The notes: generated by a model not told the origin, from the sequence alone. A stretch of 64,000 nucleotides of DNA from an uncultured delta proteobacterium (GCA_963787125.1 CAWBBV010000012.1:128001-192000), one strand, 5' to 3'; positions 51,462 through 62,201 are shown, counted from the first letter of the stretch. Translations and numbers: made by a program.

Positions 51462-53237
51462 TTATTTTACCTGCCTTATTGCATCGAACTTGCACAACTG
51501 CTGACAAACAGTGCAACCGGTGCAGAGAAGTGGATCAATGAAAGCTTTCCCTTTTTTCCCTTCCGCGTCAGGTTGCCACTCAATAGCGGGGCAACCGATA
51601 CGTAGACAAGCTTTGCAGCCGGTACAAGCGCTCTGCTCTACTTCAAGAATAGTTGCCTTTGCAAAGCGCACATCATCCTTTATCAGACAGCATGGCCTGG
51701 TGGTAATAATGACAGACGGCTCAGGACGTGCCATTTCTTCTGAAAGAATATTTTTGGTCTCATCAAGATCATACGGATCAAGAACTCTGACGTGCTTGAT
51801 ACCGAGCGCCCGGCAAAGATCAGGTAGATTGACTTCGGGGGCTTTAATGCCCGCAAGAGTGTATCCTGAAGCGGGATTTTCCTGCCTGCCGGTCATGGCT
51901 GTTATCCTGTTGTCGAGGATAATTACGGTTGCAGGAGCCTGATTGTAGGCCATCTCCATCAGTGAGTTTACCCCGGTATGGAGAAAGGTTGAATCGCCAA
52001 TTACCGCAACAACCCGGCGTTGTTCCTCGGGCGGTAAAGCTCTGACAATGCCTGAGGCAGTGCTGATAGATGCTCCCATACAGACACAGGTATCCATGGC
52101 ATTAAGCGGCGGCATAAAACCGAGTGTGTAGCAGCCGATATCGCCGGTTACATACGCGTTAGCCTTGTTAAGCAGATAGAATACCCCGCGGTGAGGGCAA
52201 CCGGGACACATGTTGGGCGGGCGCTGCACGAGTTTTTCAGGAGGAGTTATTGCAGTTGGCAAAGAGGCAATAATCCCGGCCTTGGTAAAAGCTGCCCTGA
52301 TCCTGTCGGGTGAGAGTTCCCCGCAGATTGGAATGATCTCTTTACCTGTCACAGCGATACCCATTGCCAGGACTTGCTCCTCGATAAATGGGTCAAGTTC
52401 CTCTATTACATAAAGGCTTTTCACCGAAGCAGCAAAATCCCTGAGCATCTTCTTTGGGAGAGGATAGACCATGCCGAGCTTGAGAGTTGCTGCTTCTGGC
52501 AGAGCTTCGCGAACATACTGATAGGTGACGCCGGTACAGATTACTCCGATCTCAGTAGAGCGATTTTCAGCCCTGTTGATGTCCCAGCTGTCGCCATACG
52601 TAGAAAGATCAAGAATACGCTGCTCAACAATCGGATGTCTCACCCGTGCATTTCCCGGGAGCATGACCAGCTTGGGAGGATTTTTAACCAGTTTAGGCTC
52701 AGGGAGGCCGCTGACAGGTTCTGTCAGGGTCACAATCGATTTGCCGTGAGAGATACGTGTACAACTGCGTATCATGACCGGGGTATCGAATTTTTCGGAG
52801 AGTTCAAAAGCCAGGCGGGTAAACTCTTTACACTCCTGGGAGTCAGCCGGCTCAAGCATCGGAATCTTGGCGAATTTGGCATAATTACGACTGTCCTGCT
52901 CATTTTGTGATGAGTGCATTTCCGGATCGTCAGCAGCTATTAGAACAAGCCCGCCACCTACACCGGTATATGAGAGGGTGAAAAGCGGGTCAGCGGCAAC
53001 ATTGACGCCGACATGTTTCATGCAGGCAATTGAACGTGCTCCGCCGAAAGATGCGCCGATGGCAACCTCAAGGGCTACCTTTTCGTTTGGAGCCCACGAT
53101 GAGTTTATTGAACTGTAAGTGGAGATGTTTTCAAGTATCTCGGTAGAAGGTGTTCCGGGATAGGCAGAAGCGACTTTAACACCGCCTTCAAAGGCTCCGC
53201 GTGCGATTGCCTCATTGCCGGACAGTATTTCTCTCAT
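51462..53237 (-). CDS. iorA: Indolepyruvate:ferredoxin oxidoreductase alpha subunit
   Basis: GNEAIARG, YPGTPSTE, CPGCPH, GDIGCY, GDSTF, two C-terminal 4Fe-4S motifs. Confidence 0.95.
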   Translation of the reverse strand: MREILSGNEAIARGAFEGGVKVASAYPGTPSTEILENISTYSSINSSWAPNEKVALEVAIGASFGGARSIACMKHVGVNVAADPLFTLSYTGVGGGLVLIAADDPEMHSSQNEQDSRNYAKFAKIPMLEPADSQECKEFTRLAFELSEKFDTPVMIRSCTRISHGKSIVTLTEPVSGLPEPKLVKNPPKLVMLPGNARVRHPIVEQRILDLSTYGDSWDINRAENRSTEIGVICTGVTYQYVREALPEAATLKLGMVYPLPKKMLRDFAASVKSLYVIEELDPFIEEQVLAMGIAVTGKEIIPICGELSPDRIRAAFTKAGIIASLPTAITPPEKLVQRPPNMCPGCPHRGVFYLLNKANAYVTGDIGCYTLGFMPPLNAMDTCVCMGASISTASGIVRALPPEEQRRVVAVIGDSTFLHTGVNSLMEMAYNQAPATVIILDNRITAMTGRQENPASGYTLAGIKAPEVNLPDLCRALGIKHVRVLDPYDLDETKNILSEEMARPEPSVIITTRPCCLIKDDVRFAKATILEVEQSACTGCKACLRIGCPAIEWQPDAEGKKGKAFIDPLLCTGCTVCQQLCKFDAIRQVK

Positions 53238-53365
53238 CTATTGGAGTTCCTCTGTGGGGGGTAATTTATACTGTAAATAGTATAAAGAAAAATAGGGGGA
53301 AGTCCCCCTTAGACCGCGAAAATATACCTGTTAGCTCCTTCATCTGTCAACAGCTTTCTGGTAGC

Positions 53366-54277
53366 TCAGACGTCGAGCATAATCCCTTCGAGGAGTCCGA
53401 AATCTGACACCTTCATGGCGGAAAATCCGAACATTTCGATAGTTTTCAGGGTGAGTAGGGTTCCGGCAATTATGAGGTCCTCCCGACCCGCCTCCAGCCC
53501 GGCAATTGTCTGGAGACGCTCCTTGGGCGATAAAGGTAAAAGACGGCTGAAAATATCCGCTATTACCTCTTTATCAAGGATATGGTTGTTAACTTTTGTG
53601 TAATCGTAATCAGCAAGGCCTATGCTGACTGCCGCAAGTGTTGTTGCGGTACCCGCCGTGCCAAGAAGTGTTGCCCCCTTCAGATAATCAAGAAAACCCA
53701 AAGCGTTCATTTCATCCCGTAAAAGTGCAAGCTCTCTGACAATTTTCTCTTCCATTTCAGCAACACTCACCTTCCCTTCTGTCAGTCGAACCACGCCCAG
53801 AGGGAGACTTCTGCTGAAGAGTATTTCATCAGAATTTGCCAGTGTGTATTCGGTACTGCCTCCGCCAACATCAAAGACAAACATTGTCTCTGGCATTAAA
53901 TCAAGACCGCTGATCACACCCAATAGTGTCATGCGTCCTTCAGTTTCTCCGGAAATAACATCCAATGTTATTCCTGAAGCGTCTCTGACTTCGCGGCAAA
54001 ATTCATCCTTATTGACGGCATCACGAACTGCACTCGTGGCAACGGCCTTTAAATCAGTAACTTCAAACTCTGCAAGAGTTACGGCAAACTCCTTCATGGC
54101 GGCAACAGTTCTGGTCGCAGCCTCTTTTGAAATTCCGGTCTCTTTTGAGAAGCCGCCGCCAAGTCTTGTTATGCGACGAGATATGTGCTGGCGGACAACC
54201 TTACCATCTTTAACATGGCCGACCAGAAGACGGGCAGTGTTCGTACCAAGGTCTATAGATGCGGTATAGCGACTCAT
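53366..54277 (-). CDS. ppx: Ppx/GppA family phosphatase
   Basis: IDLGTNT, ATSAVRDA, DVGGGSTE, GR.D.I.AG, GLLEG. Confidence 0.9.
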   Translation of the reverse strand: MSRYTASIDLGTNTARLLVGHVKDGKVVRQHISRRITRLGGGFSKETGISKEAATRTVAAMKEFAVTLAEFEVTDLKAVATSAVRDAVNKDEFCREVRDASGITLDVISGETEGRMTLLGVISGLDLMPETMFVFDVGGGSTEYTLANSDEILFSRSLPLGVVRLTEGKVSVAEMEEKIVRELALLRDEMNALGFLDYLKGATLLGTAGTATTLAAVSIGLADYDYTKVNNHILDKEVIADIFSRLLPLSPKERLQTIAGLEAGREDLIIAGTLLTLKTIEMFGFSAMKVSDFGLLEGIMLDV

Positions 54278-55947
54278 TAAAGCTCCTTCCAGGTATCAAT
54301 CAGATTTGCCGAGCGATCAGATATACTCACCATTGCCGTAACAATATCGTTATAGAGAAAACCGGCGTCAACCGCACACTGACCGGTTTTCATCCGCTTG
54401 ATATGACCGCTAACTGTTTCATCACGGAGATTAGCCACTTTCGATCTAACCTCAGACAGATACTCACTCAGTTGTAGTTGTGCTGCCGACGGACTTGTTA
54501 TCAGGTCAACCACCTCACCAACAGCTGCCGCAAGCCTTTTAAGTTCTGTCATAGCATTAGTTGAAAAAATGATTTTATCACCCTTTTTTTTCTGAAACCC
54601 GGCTAAAAGCTTCATATTTATATCGCCAAGATGCTCAAGCTGATTAACAATCTGCAACAACAGAGGGATTTTCATTGAATTTTCAGTGTCGATGCTCTCT
54701 CTTGAAAGCAATACCAGAAAATTGGAAAGCTCCTTGTGAAGTGAATCGACAGCATCTTCCATCTCAATGATCTTGCGCAGCGATTTGGAGTCAAATCTGT
54801 AGAGCAGGTGAATAATTTCGCTGTACATGGAGGAGACAATTGAAGCCATTCGATTGATTTCATTTGTTGCCTGCATCATGGCTATAGTCGGGGTGTTCAG
54901 GACTCTTTTATCGAGGAATCTTGGGTAAGAGGAGAAGTCTCCGGATGAGCGATCAAGCTTAACTGATCGTGACAGAAAGCCGATTAAGGGGAGAAAGGTC
55001 ATAACCATAAACAGACTGAAAACAGAATGCGCATTGGCTATAAGTCTGGGCAGGTGCTCTTTTGCAGGGATAAAGCCGGGAGAGGTCAGAATTTCCAGGG
55101 GGATCTGACCAGTAAATGGAGAAAACAGAATAACTGCTTTGATAAGCAGCGGGAAAAATAAAAGTGCCAGCAGGATTGCGGTAAAGTTGATCAGCAAATT
55201 AACAATGGCTGCTTTTCTGGCATATAGCGTGCCGCCGACTGCTGCAAAAAGAGTAATATAAGCAGTGCCAAGATTTGCTCCGGCCACTATGCCGACCGCT
55301 TCATTGAAGGTGACGATACCGCTGCCACAGAGAGCAATTACGATCCCGGTGGCGGCAGAGGGTGATTGAACGAGAAAAGTAAGGAGAGACCCAAAGATAA
55401 CGGCGCTGACCCGCCATGCAAAGACATAATCATTCAATCCCCGCAGTATTGCCGAGCCACTGACAGCAGTCAGTCCTGATTCCATAATTCTAAGGCCAAG
55501 GAAAAGAATGCCGGCGCCAAGGAGAAGATCTCCGGAATTGACCATAAAGCGTCTTTTGAAGAAAAACTTCAGCAAAATACCGATGAATATGGCTATAAGG
55601 GCAAAAGTATGGGGTTGAAAGGCAATGAGTTGTACCGCTAGAGTGGCTCCGAGAGAAGTACCCAGAAATATGGCCAATCCCTGATAAATAGAGATAAGCC
55701 CGGCATTCAGAAAGCCGACAACAAGAATTGAAGCTGAACTGGAAGATTGCAGGATAGACGCAAGGATGGTACCAAGCAGTGCCGCGGAAATACGGTTAGA
55801 CACGGCTTTCTCAAGTAGTGATCTGAAGCGATTGCCGGCAAGTCGCTGCATCCCCTCAGACATTATCCTGATGCCAAAAATGAAGAGCCCACCACCACCA
55901 AGCGCCTCAGCGACGGCCTGGAGAGATGACGAGGAAATATCTGCCAT
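54277..55947 (-). CDS. Na/Pi cotransporter family protein with PhoU-like C-terminus
   Basis: GGLF.FG...MS.G, QSSS, GANLGT repeats, LEHLGD. Confidence 0.88.
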   Translation of the reverse strand: MADISSSSLQAVAEALGGGGLFIFGIRIMSEGMQRLAGNRFRSLLEKAVSNRISAALLGTILASILQSSSSASILVVGFLNAGLISIYQGLAIFLGTSLGATLAVQLIAFQPHTFALIAIFIGILLKFFFKRRFMVNSGDLLLGAGILFLGLRIMESGLTAVSGSAILRGLNDYVFAWRVSAVIFGSLLTFLVQSPSAATGIVIALCGSGIVTFNEAVGIVAGANLGTAYITLFAAVGGTLYARKAAIVNLLINFTAILLALLFFPLLIKAVILFSPFTGQIPLEILTSPGFIPAKEHLPRLIANAHSVFSLFMVMTFLPLIGFLSRSVKLDRSSGDFSSYPRFLDKRVLNTPTIAMMQATNEINRMASIVSSMYSEIIHLLYRFDSKSLRKIIEMEDAVDSLHKELSNFLVLLSRESIDTENSMKIPLLLQIVNQLEHLGDINMKLLAGFQKKKGDKIIFSTNAMTELKRLAAAVGEVVDLITSPSAAQLQLSEYLSEVRSKVANLRDETVSGHIKRMKTGQCAVDAGFLYNDIVTAMVSISDRSANLIDTWKEL

Positions 55948-55950
55948 GAA

Positions 55951-56592
55951 CTACTGTACTACCTTGTAAGGGAAGATGAAATCAGGTGGTGCAGACTTGG
56001 ACGCCCCTTTTCTGTAAACATGGATACTGAATGCGCTCAAAGTTTGAATGTCTACGTGAAAATATAAAAGTCCCTTTACCATGGCGTTGGGGATAATTGG
56101 CTCTGTCGGTAGCGCTTTTGTATATAGTTCCTGGGGCCTGAGTTCGAAATAATAAGGCAGGTTAGAGTTTGTTGAGTTTTTAAACTGCGCCTGTTCATAG
56201 TCTTCCAGATAGTAGAAGCCTACATAAGGATAAGGAAGGAGATAGTAGGTATCCTTTGCCATCATCTGGCGAATTTTTTCCGGAGTCAGTGAATAGTATT
56301 GCCTTCTGTCAGAATCAATCAGGATAAAACTATCATTGTCAAAAGATACTTCAGCTGCAGTTGAATTCTGTATCTCGACATTGAATGAAGCAACCATACC
56401 TTCAATATTGTAATTCACCATATCAGTATCTGCTGGAGCAACAGTGATAACTAAATGATCTTTGGTAATTGCCTGGCTATTATCCTTAATATTTATGATC
56501 CCGGCGGGGGTCTGCTCCGGAACAACTTTTACAGATGAACAACCGTTCAGAGTAATAATGAGCAGAAGTATCGCAATATTAAATCTTTTCAT
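55951..56592 (-). CDS. Hypothetical lipoprotein
   Basis: Lipobox LNGC after a hydrophobic signal. Confidence 0.75.
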   Translation of the reverse strand: MKRFNIAILLLIITLNGCSSVKVVPEQTPAGIINIKDNSQAITKDHLVITVAPADTDMVNYNIEGMVASFNVEIQNSTAAEVSFDNDSFILIDSDRRQYYSLTPEKIRQMMAKDTYYLLPYPYVGFYYLEDYEQAQFKNSTNSNLPYYFELRPQELYTKALPTEPIIPNAMVKGLLYFHVDIQTLSAFSIHVYRKGASKSAPPDFIFPYKVVQ

Positions 56593-56675
56593 GGCATATC
56601 TCCGGTTGAAATATGTTTAAATTCTGACTTTCCTGGCCTGTTTAGCTGGGTCAGGTTAGTTACAACTATACCAGA

Positions 56676-57392
56676 TTATTGTTCACGTTCCAGACGCTTC
56701 GCTTTTTCTGCAGCACGCGCCTTGGCTCTGATAACAAGATCATTTGCCAGGTTGGCGTCTTCTGAGAGCGCCCTTCCCTGCTCCTTTTTGGAAGCAACTT
56801 CAACCGGCTCATCGTCAGGCGGCGCCGGCGAGAGAAGGCCACCTTCAATATTCGGTTGATTTACCGTTGATTCAACGGGCTTCTCAACGGTGTCAGCAGT
56901 GTCAACAGTAACAGTCGGGCTCTCAACCGGATCAGCCACCTTAGGCAGATCTTCATAAGTCACCTTGGATGAAATGAACCCTGCCCCTTGTACCTTCAAT
57001 TCGTGGGGATAAAAAAGAATCGCAACACTGTTCGGCCCCTGTCTTTTTTCTCCGCCGTATTTTGCAGCCGTAATATAGCTCTGATGACTTGCAGCCAATA
57101 AAGTCTTCAAATAGGCTTCTACGGTGCGAGCCAAAAAAACAGCCTTGGCAATATATTCTTCCTGAGTTTCCGCAGAAGGGACATCTCCTATCAGCTTGAC
57201 AGTCCCCTTTCGCTTGAGTTTCTTGATTTTTAAAGCTACAGCGGCAATATCTTTTTTTGCCTGTCGATCAAGCTTGTCCGGTTTAGATAGAGTAACTTTA
57301 CCTGAATACAGGACATCAACCGGTTCGGCGGATGCGGTCGTATAAGAAATTAATGAAGCAATAACAGCCACAATTAATGTTTTGAAAGTCAT
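56676..57392 (-). CDS. Hypothetical exported protein with acidic/Pro-rich tail
   Basis: Signal peptide; ATGA overlap with the upstream OmpA-family gene. Confidence 0.65.
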   Translation of the reverse strand: MTFKTLIVAVIASLISYTTASAEPVDVLYSGKVTLSKPDKLDRQAKKDIAAVALKIKKLKRKGTVKLIGDVPSAETQEEYIAKAVFLARTVEAYLKTLLAASHQSYITAAKYGGEKRQGPNSVAILFYPHELKVQGAGFISSKVTYEDLPKVADPVESPTVTVDTADTVEKPVESTVNQPNIEGGLLSPAPPDDEPVEVASKKEQGRALSEDANLANDLVIRAKARAAEKAKRLEREQ

Positions 57393-59008
57393 TTGGGTTT
57401 TTCTTCCTTGTGGACAAGAAAAACAATCTCAAATCTTCTGTTCAGCTTGCGCCCTTCATCAGTACTGTTATCGGCAATTGGCACGGATTTACCCATCCCT
57501 CTGACGAAGATTCTTGAAGAGTCAATACCATCATGAGTAATAAGGTAATTTGCCACAGTAATTGCACGTCTTAAAGACAAATCCATGTTGTATTTAACAG
57601 AACCAACGGCATCAGTATGACCATCAATCCGGAGAAAAACCCATTTACTGTCTTTACGGATAAACTCAGCAAGTTCAGAGACGGATTTTTGCACCTCCGG
57701 CATTAATTCAGCATTATCAAACTCGAAAATAGTATCAGGCAGTCTGAACTTTCTATACGCCGTCAAAGCAGTGCCAGGGAGTTTTTCAATGGGTGCAATC
57801 TTCCCTTTCATACTAACTCCATAGAGAGGAGTAACACCGCTGACCCTTGTGAGAGCGAAGTCAGTTGACCCTTCTGAAGGGAGAGAAGAGACCAGCGGCG
57901 CGACGGCAGCTGGAGTTGGTTCAGCTGCAGCGAGTGCCGGTTCAGTGACTGCCGGTTGAACGGCTTTTACCATTTTTGGTAAGGTAACAGAGACTGCCGC
58001 TGATTGCGGTGGTATTACAATATTGCCGTAAGGTCTGATAAGAATTTCATCACCTTCAGCGTCTACAGGTATTTCGAGTTTGCTCACTTGCGGGGTGATG
58101 GCAGGCGTCTTAATCAGGAGCGGCGAGAGTGGGACAACCTTTGTCGGTTTAATTTCCACAGTTTTTAGTGGGTTCTTTATTTTAACTGGCGGTATCGGCT
58201 TGATATAGGCGCCAACACCCTGACAGGTAGTCAACCCGAAGATAACCCGCCAGTCCGGAGCTGCAGCGTTGAGGCCCATTCCGGTAGAGAGATTGAAAGT
58301 AAGGTGTGGTGTCAAGTAGAATTGAAACCCCAGCGCCGCTTCAATTGGAGCCGTACTGGTCAGCGCATCTGCAGCCATTAGTTCAAAGGTGACTTTAGTC
58401 CGTGTGGAAGGAATGAAGTCAACGCCAGCTCCAACCGGGTATTCTTTTCTTGATTTAAGCCCGGCATCAACATTCCTTGATTCGGCGTTTGACATGTAGC
58501 CGCCATAAAGATGGGCAGCCAGAAGATCGGTGCGAAGAGAACCGATAAGACGGCCACCAATATCATTTTTGCCGTTATATCGAGGGTTGTCATCCACATA
58601 TCTACTTAAATGCAAATCTGCTGCAAGCTTGAACTTTGAGCTGCGGTTGCCTATTACTCTGAGTTTAGTCCCTATATCAGCGGTACCTCTGCCTGAATAG
58701 GGGGTGTCATCATTTAGATAGACATTCGGATATGCCCCGTAGATCTCCCAGAATGTACCAATCCCGAGCGTTATACTAACCGGCATAATGGTATTTATGC
58801 CGACATCGCTCTTTTTGCTGCAGTTACCCCAAACGCCAAAACAGAAGTTTGAGGAGTCAAGTGTCTCTGCAGTTGGAATATTCAGAAGTCCGGATGATCC
58901 GTACTGAGTTGGGTTTGCAAACAGTGGCGTATCAAGTGCAAAGAAAAAAACGGCTATGAGCAATATGCGAAAAAACATAGATTCCAGCTCAGTCCTTATT
59001 ACCGGCAA
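57389..59008 (-). CDS. OmpA-family protein (putative N-terminal beta-barrel, Pro/Ala linker, peptidoglycan-binding domain)
   Basis: FEFD, IDGHTD..GS..YN..LS.RRA, G.G...P.A.N...GR..NRR; true start may be the ATG at 58978. Confidence 0.85.
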   Translation of the reverse strand: MPVIRTELESMFFRILLIAVFFFALDTPLFANPTQYGSSGLLNIPTAETLDSSNFCFGVWGNCSKKSDVGINTIMPVSITLGIGTFWEIYGAYPNVYLNDDTPYSGRGTADIGTKLRVIGNRSSKFKLAADLHLSRYVDDNPRYNGKNDIGGRLIGSLRTDLLAAHLYGGYMSNAESRNVDAGLKSRKEYPVGAGVDFIPSTRTKVTFELMAADALTSTAPIEAALGFQFYLTPHLTFNLSTGMGLNAAAPDWRVIFGLTTCQGVGAYIKPIPPVKIKNPLKTVEIKPTKVVPLSPLLIKTPAITPQVSKLEIPVDAEGDEILIRPYGNIVIPPQSAAVSVTLPKMVKAVQPAVTEPALAAAEPTPAAVAPLVSSLPSEGSTDFALTRVSGVTPLYGVSMKGKIAPIEKLPGTALTAYRKFRLPDTIFEFDNAELMPEVQKSVSELAEFIRKDSKWVFLRIDGHTDAVGSVKYNMDLSLRRAITVANYLITHDGIDSSRIFVRGMGKSVPIADNSTDEGRKLNRRFEIVFLVHKEEKPK

Positions 59009-59273
59009 CCCGCTCCTTTAACTCCTTGCCAACTTTGAAAAATGGAAGCTTTTTCGGCTTTACATCGATTGAAACACCGGTTTTAGGGTTGCGTCCGGTA
59101 TATGATTTATACTCGTTGATCACAAAACTCCCGAAACCCCTTATTTCGATGCGATCGCCTGATAACATGGCGTCAGTCATTGAATCGAAAATAGTGCTAA
59201 CGATCTCCTCAGACTTCTTAAACGATATTCCTCTTTTCAGTGACAACATCTCGATCAGTTCAGACTTGTTCAT
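58989..59273 (-). CDS. ihfB: Integration host factor subunit beta (HU/IHF family)
   Basis: MNKSELI, RIEIRGFGSF, GRNPKTG, PFFK.GKELKERV. Confidence 0.88.
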   Translation of the reverse strand: MNKSELIEMLSLKRGISFKKSEEIVSTIFDSMTDAMLSGDRIEIRGFGSFVINEYKSYTGRNPKTGVSIDVKPKKLPFFKVGKELKERVAGNKD

Positions 59274-59300
59274 GTTACCTCCACTTAATGAATAATCAGG

Positions 59301-60329
59301 CTAACAACAGCCTTTAAGATAAGTTTTAAATAGATATGCCGCTTCATCATCCCTGCCCTGAGCAGCTAATATCCGTACGAGTCTTTCCGCAGAAGCTTTC
59401 TTCAAAACTGGTATCTGCAGGCCACTGGTGAGAATAGTGACAGCACTTTCGTTATCCCCCTGAAGAGTATGGACGTCGGCAAGCATCACCAGTGCCTGTT
59501 CATGGAGAATCATTTGATCCATCATTCTTTTAAGAACGGCGGCAGCCTCGTCAAGTCGGCCTGTGTCAGCATATAGCTGTGCAAGGCTCAGATTACATAC
59601 GGGATTATCTGCATTTATTTTGAGGGCTCTCTTTAGAAGTGATTCGCAGACACTCATGCGCCCGGCTCGGAACTCAAGCAGTGCAGTTTCGTAAAGAATT
59701 ATGTCATTTTCTCCAGTTGACAGCAACTGCCTAAATTTATTCAGGGCTTCATCCGGATTGTCAGAGTGGGCTAGAAGAAAAGCTGATGCAAATTCCTCTC
59801 CTAATGAAGAATATCTTTGCGGCAAGTCTCCGGGAAGGGTGTTGGCAAGCAGCAGAAACTGCTCATTGGCATGAAGATGATCAGGCCGAATCGGGTCAGG
59901 CTCAGTAGTGGGAGAGTGTGAAGAGCTGCAAGAAGCACAGTCATGTTTTGCAGAAGATTTCATATTCACGGCCGGTTCAGCTGGAAACTCTGCAAGCGAA
60001 GTCAGAAGAGTTTCGGCCTTTTCCCTGATAGATACGTCATCTGCCAGTTCCAGTGAAAGCTGGAGGTATTCAGCAGCCTTGCGGGGATTTCCGGATCTGA
60101 ACGCTGCCTCGGCTTCTGCAATGTTCATCTCACCAAGACTGTTACCGCACTTTGAGAGCATGGATTTCAGGTGAGCGAGCACCTGTTGATCTTGTAGAGA
60201 ACCAGTGATTTTATCAATAGCATCCAGATAATACTGCCTTGCCTCTGCAAAGCGCTCCTCTTTAAAAAGAGCATCACCCTTTTCTAGGAGCTGAACACAA
60301 CTTTTAGTGAAAAGTTTTTTAAAAAACAT
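59301..60329 (-). CDS. TPR protein with CxxC motif
   Basis: Helical TPR-like repeats, CASC, C-terminal GCC. Confidence 0.7.
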   Translation of the reverse strand: MFFKKLFTKSCVQLLEKGDALFKEERFAEARQYYLDAIDKITGSLQDQQVLAHLKSMLSKCGNSLGEMNIAEAEAAFRSGNPRKAAEYLQLSLELADDVSIREKAETLLTSLAEFPAEPAVNMKSSAKHDCASCSSSHSPTTEPDPIRPDHLHANEQFLLLANTLPGDLPQRYSSLGEEFASAFLLAHSDNPDEALNKFRQLLSTGENDIILYETALLEFRAGRMSVCESLLKRALKINADNPVCNLSLAQLYADTGRLDEAAAVLKRMMDQMILHEQALVMLADVHTLQGDNESAVTILTSGLQIPVLKKASAERLVRILAAQGRDDEAAYLFKTYLKGCC

Positions 60330-60346
60330 TTCTATTCTCCTGTTTA

Positions 60347-61651
60347 CTAAGTAGCCTTTAAAAAAGTAACACTTTCCAGGTGATATGTCTGTGGAAACAT
60401 ATCAACCGGTTGCACAGTTTCAACCTCAAATCCGGCAGTTGCTAGAATCGAGAGGTCTCTTCCGAGAGTTGGTGGATCGCAGGAAACATAAATCAGGTGG
60501 GAAGCACCCGTTGATGCGATTTTTTTCGCAACTTCATCAGCTCCGGCTCTAGGCGGATCCATAATAACAAGATCAAAAAACTCGCCAGCATTTACAAGCC
60601 TGTCAATACCTGCACCTGAGTCCATGCAGCTATAACTGGCATTCTTGATGCCGTTAACCGCAGCAGTATATTTAGCAGCTGAAACAGATTTCGCTGAAGT
60701 CTCAAAACCGTGGATTTTCCCGACTCCTGAGGCCAGGGGGAGTGAGAAATTTCCATTGCCACAAAAGAGATCAAGTACCGACGCCGGATTAACCCTGGCG
60801 CACAACTCGAGAACTGCTTCAATAATAACTCTATTCTGGGCGAAGTTTACCTGAGAGAAGCTGCCGGGAGAATAGAAGAGTTCCAGTTCTTTTCCCTCTG
60901 CTGATGGTACGCAGTATTTAAGCTTCTGCAGACCATGAATATGCCTTAAGCGTTTATTGTTACCGGTCAGCAAGCTGACAGAATGAATAGTCGGGTACCT
61001 GCTCTCTGTGGATTCCAGATAATTTGCAAACACTTCGGGACAACTGCCGCAATAGTGAAACAGGGCGCTTACCGAACCGTCGGAGGAGGAAGCAAGTTCG
61101 ACTTGAGATATTTTACCAGGTTCCGGCGCTGAATTTATAAGCTCTCTGACTGCCGTCATGGCTATATTTAGCGGCTTTGCAGCGATATCGCAGCGGTCTT
61201 CAATGTCAATCACGTGATGTGAGTTGCGTCGATGAAAGCCGAGAGAAAGTCTGCCGCCTGTAAAGGAAACCTGCAACTGAATGCGCTGGCGGTATTCAAA
61301 TGGTGCCAGTGCCGTCAAGATTGGTTTGATCTTGTTTCTGTCAATGCGAGCAGATCTCCAGAGTGTTTCAGCAAAAATCTGCTCTTTTTGTTGGCACTGC
61401 TCATAATATGAGATGTGCTGCCAGTTGCAACCACCACAGTTACTGAAAAATGGACACTTTGGTGAAACTCGACAAGGTGAAGGTGTAAGCAGGTTTTCAA
61501 GAACGGCTTCGCAGTAAGAGTTTTTATCCTTTTCAATCCGGATTTCGGCAATATCTCCGGGCGCTGTATAAGGAACGAAGCAAGCCTTACCAGCCAGTCT
61601 TCCAAAACCGGAGCCGCCATATGCAAGCGTGTCAATCTGAAGCTGTGGCAT
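60347..61651 (-). CDS. rlmD: 23S rRNA (uracil-5)-methyltransferase, TrmA family
   Basis: TRAM domain, CP.F..CGGC..QH, FSQVN, DLFCG.GNF, DPPR.G, YVSC, DMFPQT.H.E. Confidence 0.88.
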   Translation of the reverse strand: MPQLQIDTLAYGGSGFGRLAGKACFVPYTAPGDIAEIRIEKDKNSYCEAVLENLLTPSPCRVSPKCPFFSNCGGCNWQHISYYEQCQQKEQIFAETLWRSARIDRNKIKPILTALAPFEYRQRIQLQVSFTGGRLSLGFHRRNSHHVIDIEDRCDIAAKPLNIAMTAVRELINSAPEPGKISQVELASSSDGSVSALFHYCGSCPEVFANYLESTESRYPTIHSVSLLTGNNKRLRHIHGLQKLKYCVPSAEGKELELFYSPGSFSQVNFAQNRVIIEAVLELCARVNPASVLDLFCGNGNFSLPLASGVGKIHGFETSAKSVSAAKYTAAVNGIKNASYSCMDSGAGIDRLVNAGEFFDLVIMDPPRAGADEVAKKIASTGASHLIYVSCDPPTLGRDLSILATAGFEVETVQPVDMFPQTYHLESVTFLKAT

Positions 61652-62032
61652 CTAGGAAGTAGCCCCCAAAAAGCATCTGGCAGGAGCTTTAGCAGCAATA
61701 AGCTGCCGCTCGAGCAGTCTTTTGGGGAATTCCTGAGAGGATAGGTACGGGAAAGAATTGGTTTCAAAATCCTTGATGAGTTCTTTTTTAACACTATCGA
61801 TTTGAGAAGAAGGAACCCCCATTCTTACCAGGAAACGGCTATAGTTGATTTCAGCTATAGCGCTTGAACCAACTTCTGAAAAAATGCGCTCAGCAGCAAG
61901 AGCATCAACGGCAAAGATGATTTCCAGCTTAACCAGATAATAATCACCGAAGTATACCCTTGTGTGATCAAGGATGCTTATTGAGAGACCATTTGAGAGT
62001 TGTAGCGACTGCAAGATGTCAAGAGTGTTCAA
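61652..62032 (-). CDS. Hypothetical protein
   Basis: 126-aa ORF abutting rlmD; YFGDY..V.L and YL....FP motifs. Confidence 0.6.
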   Translation of the reverse strand: MNTLDILQSLQLSNGLSISILDHTRVYFGDYYLVKLEIIFAVDALAAERIFSEVGSSAIAEINYSRFLVRMGVPSSQIDSVKKELIKDFETNSFPYLSSQEFPKRLLERQLIAAKAPARCFLGATS

Positions 62033-62201
62033 GAGTCACCTTTCCTCACGTTATTATTAAGAAAATACACTGCTCCAATTTCATAAGTAAAGCATTTTAT
62101 CGTGAGTACGAATAAATCCGGCTTGCTTTTACTTTATATTGTCTGTAATGTACAAAAGGTTTAAGAGTCTAAATTCTATCAAGGGAAGTTAAGAGTAAAT
62201 T

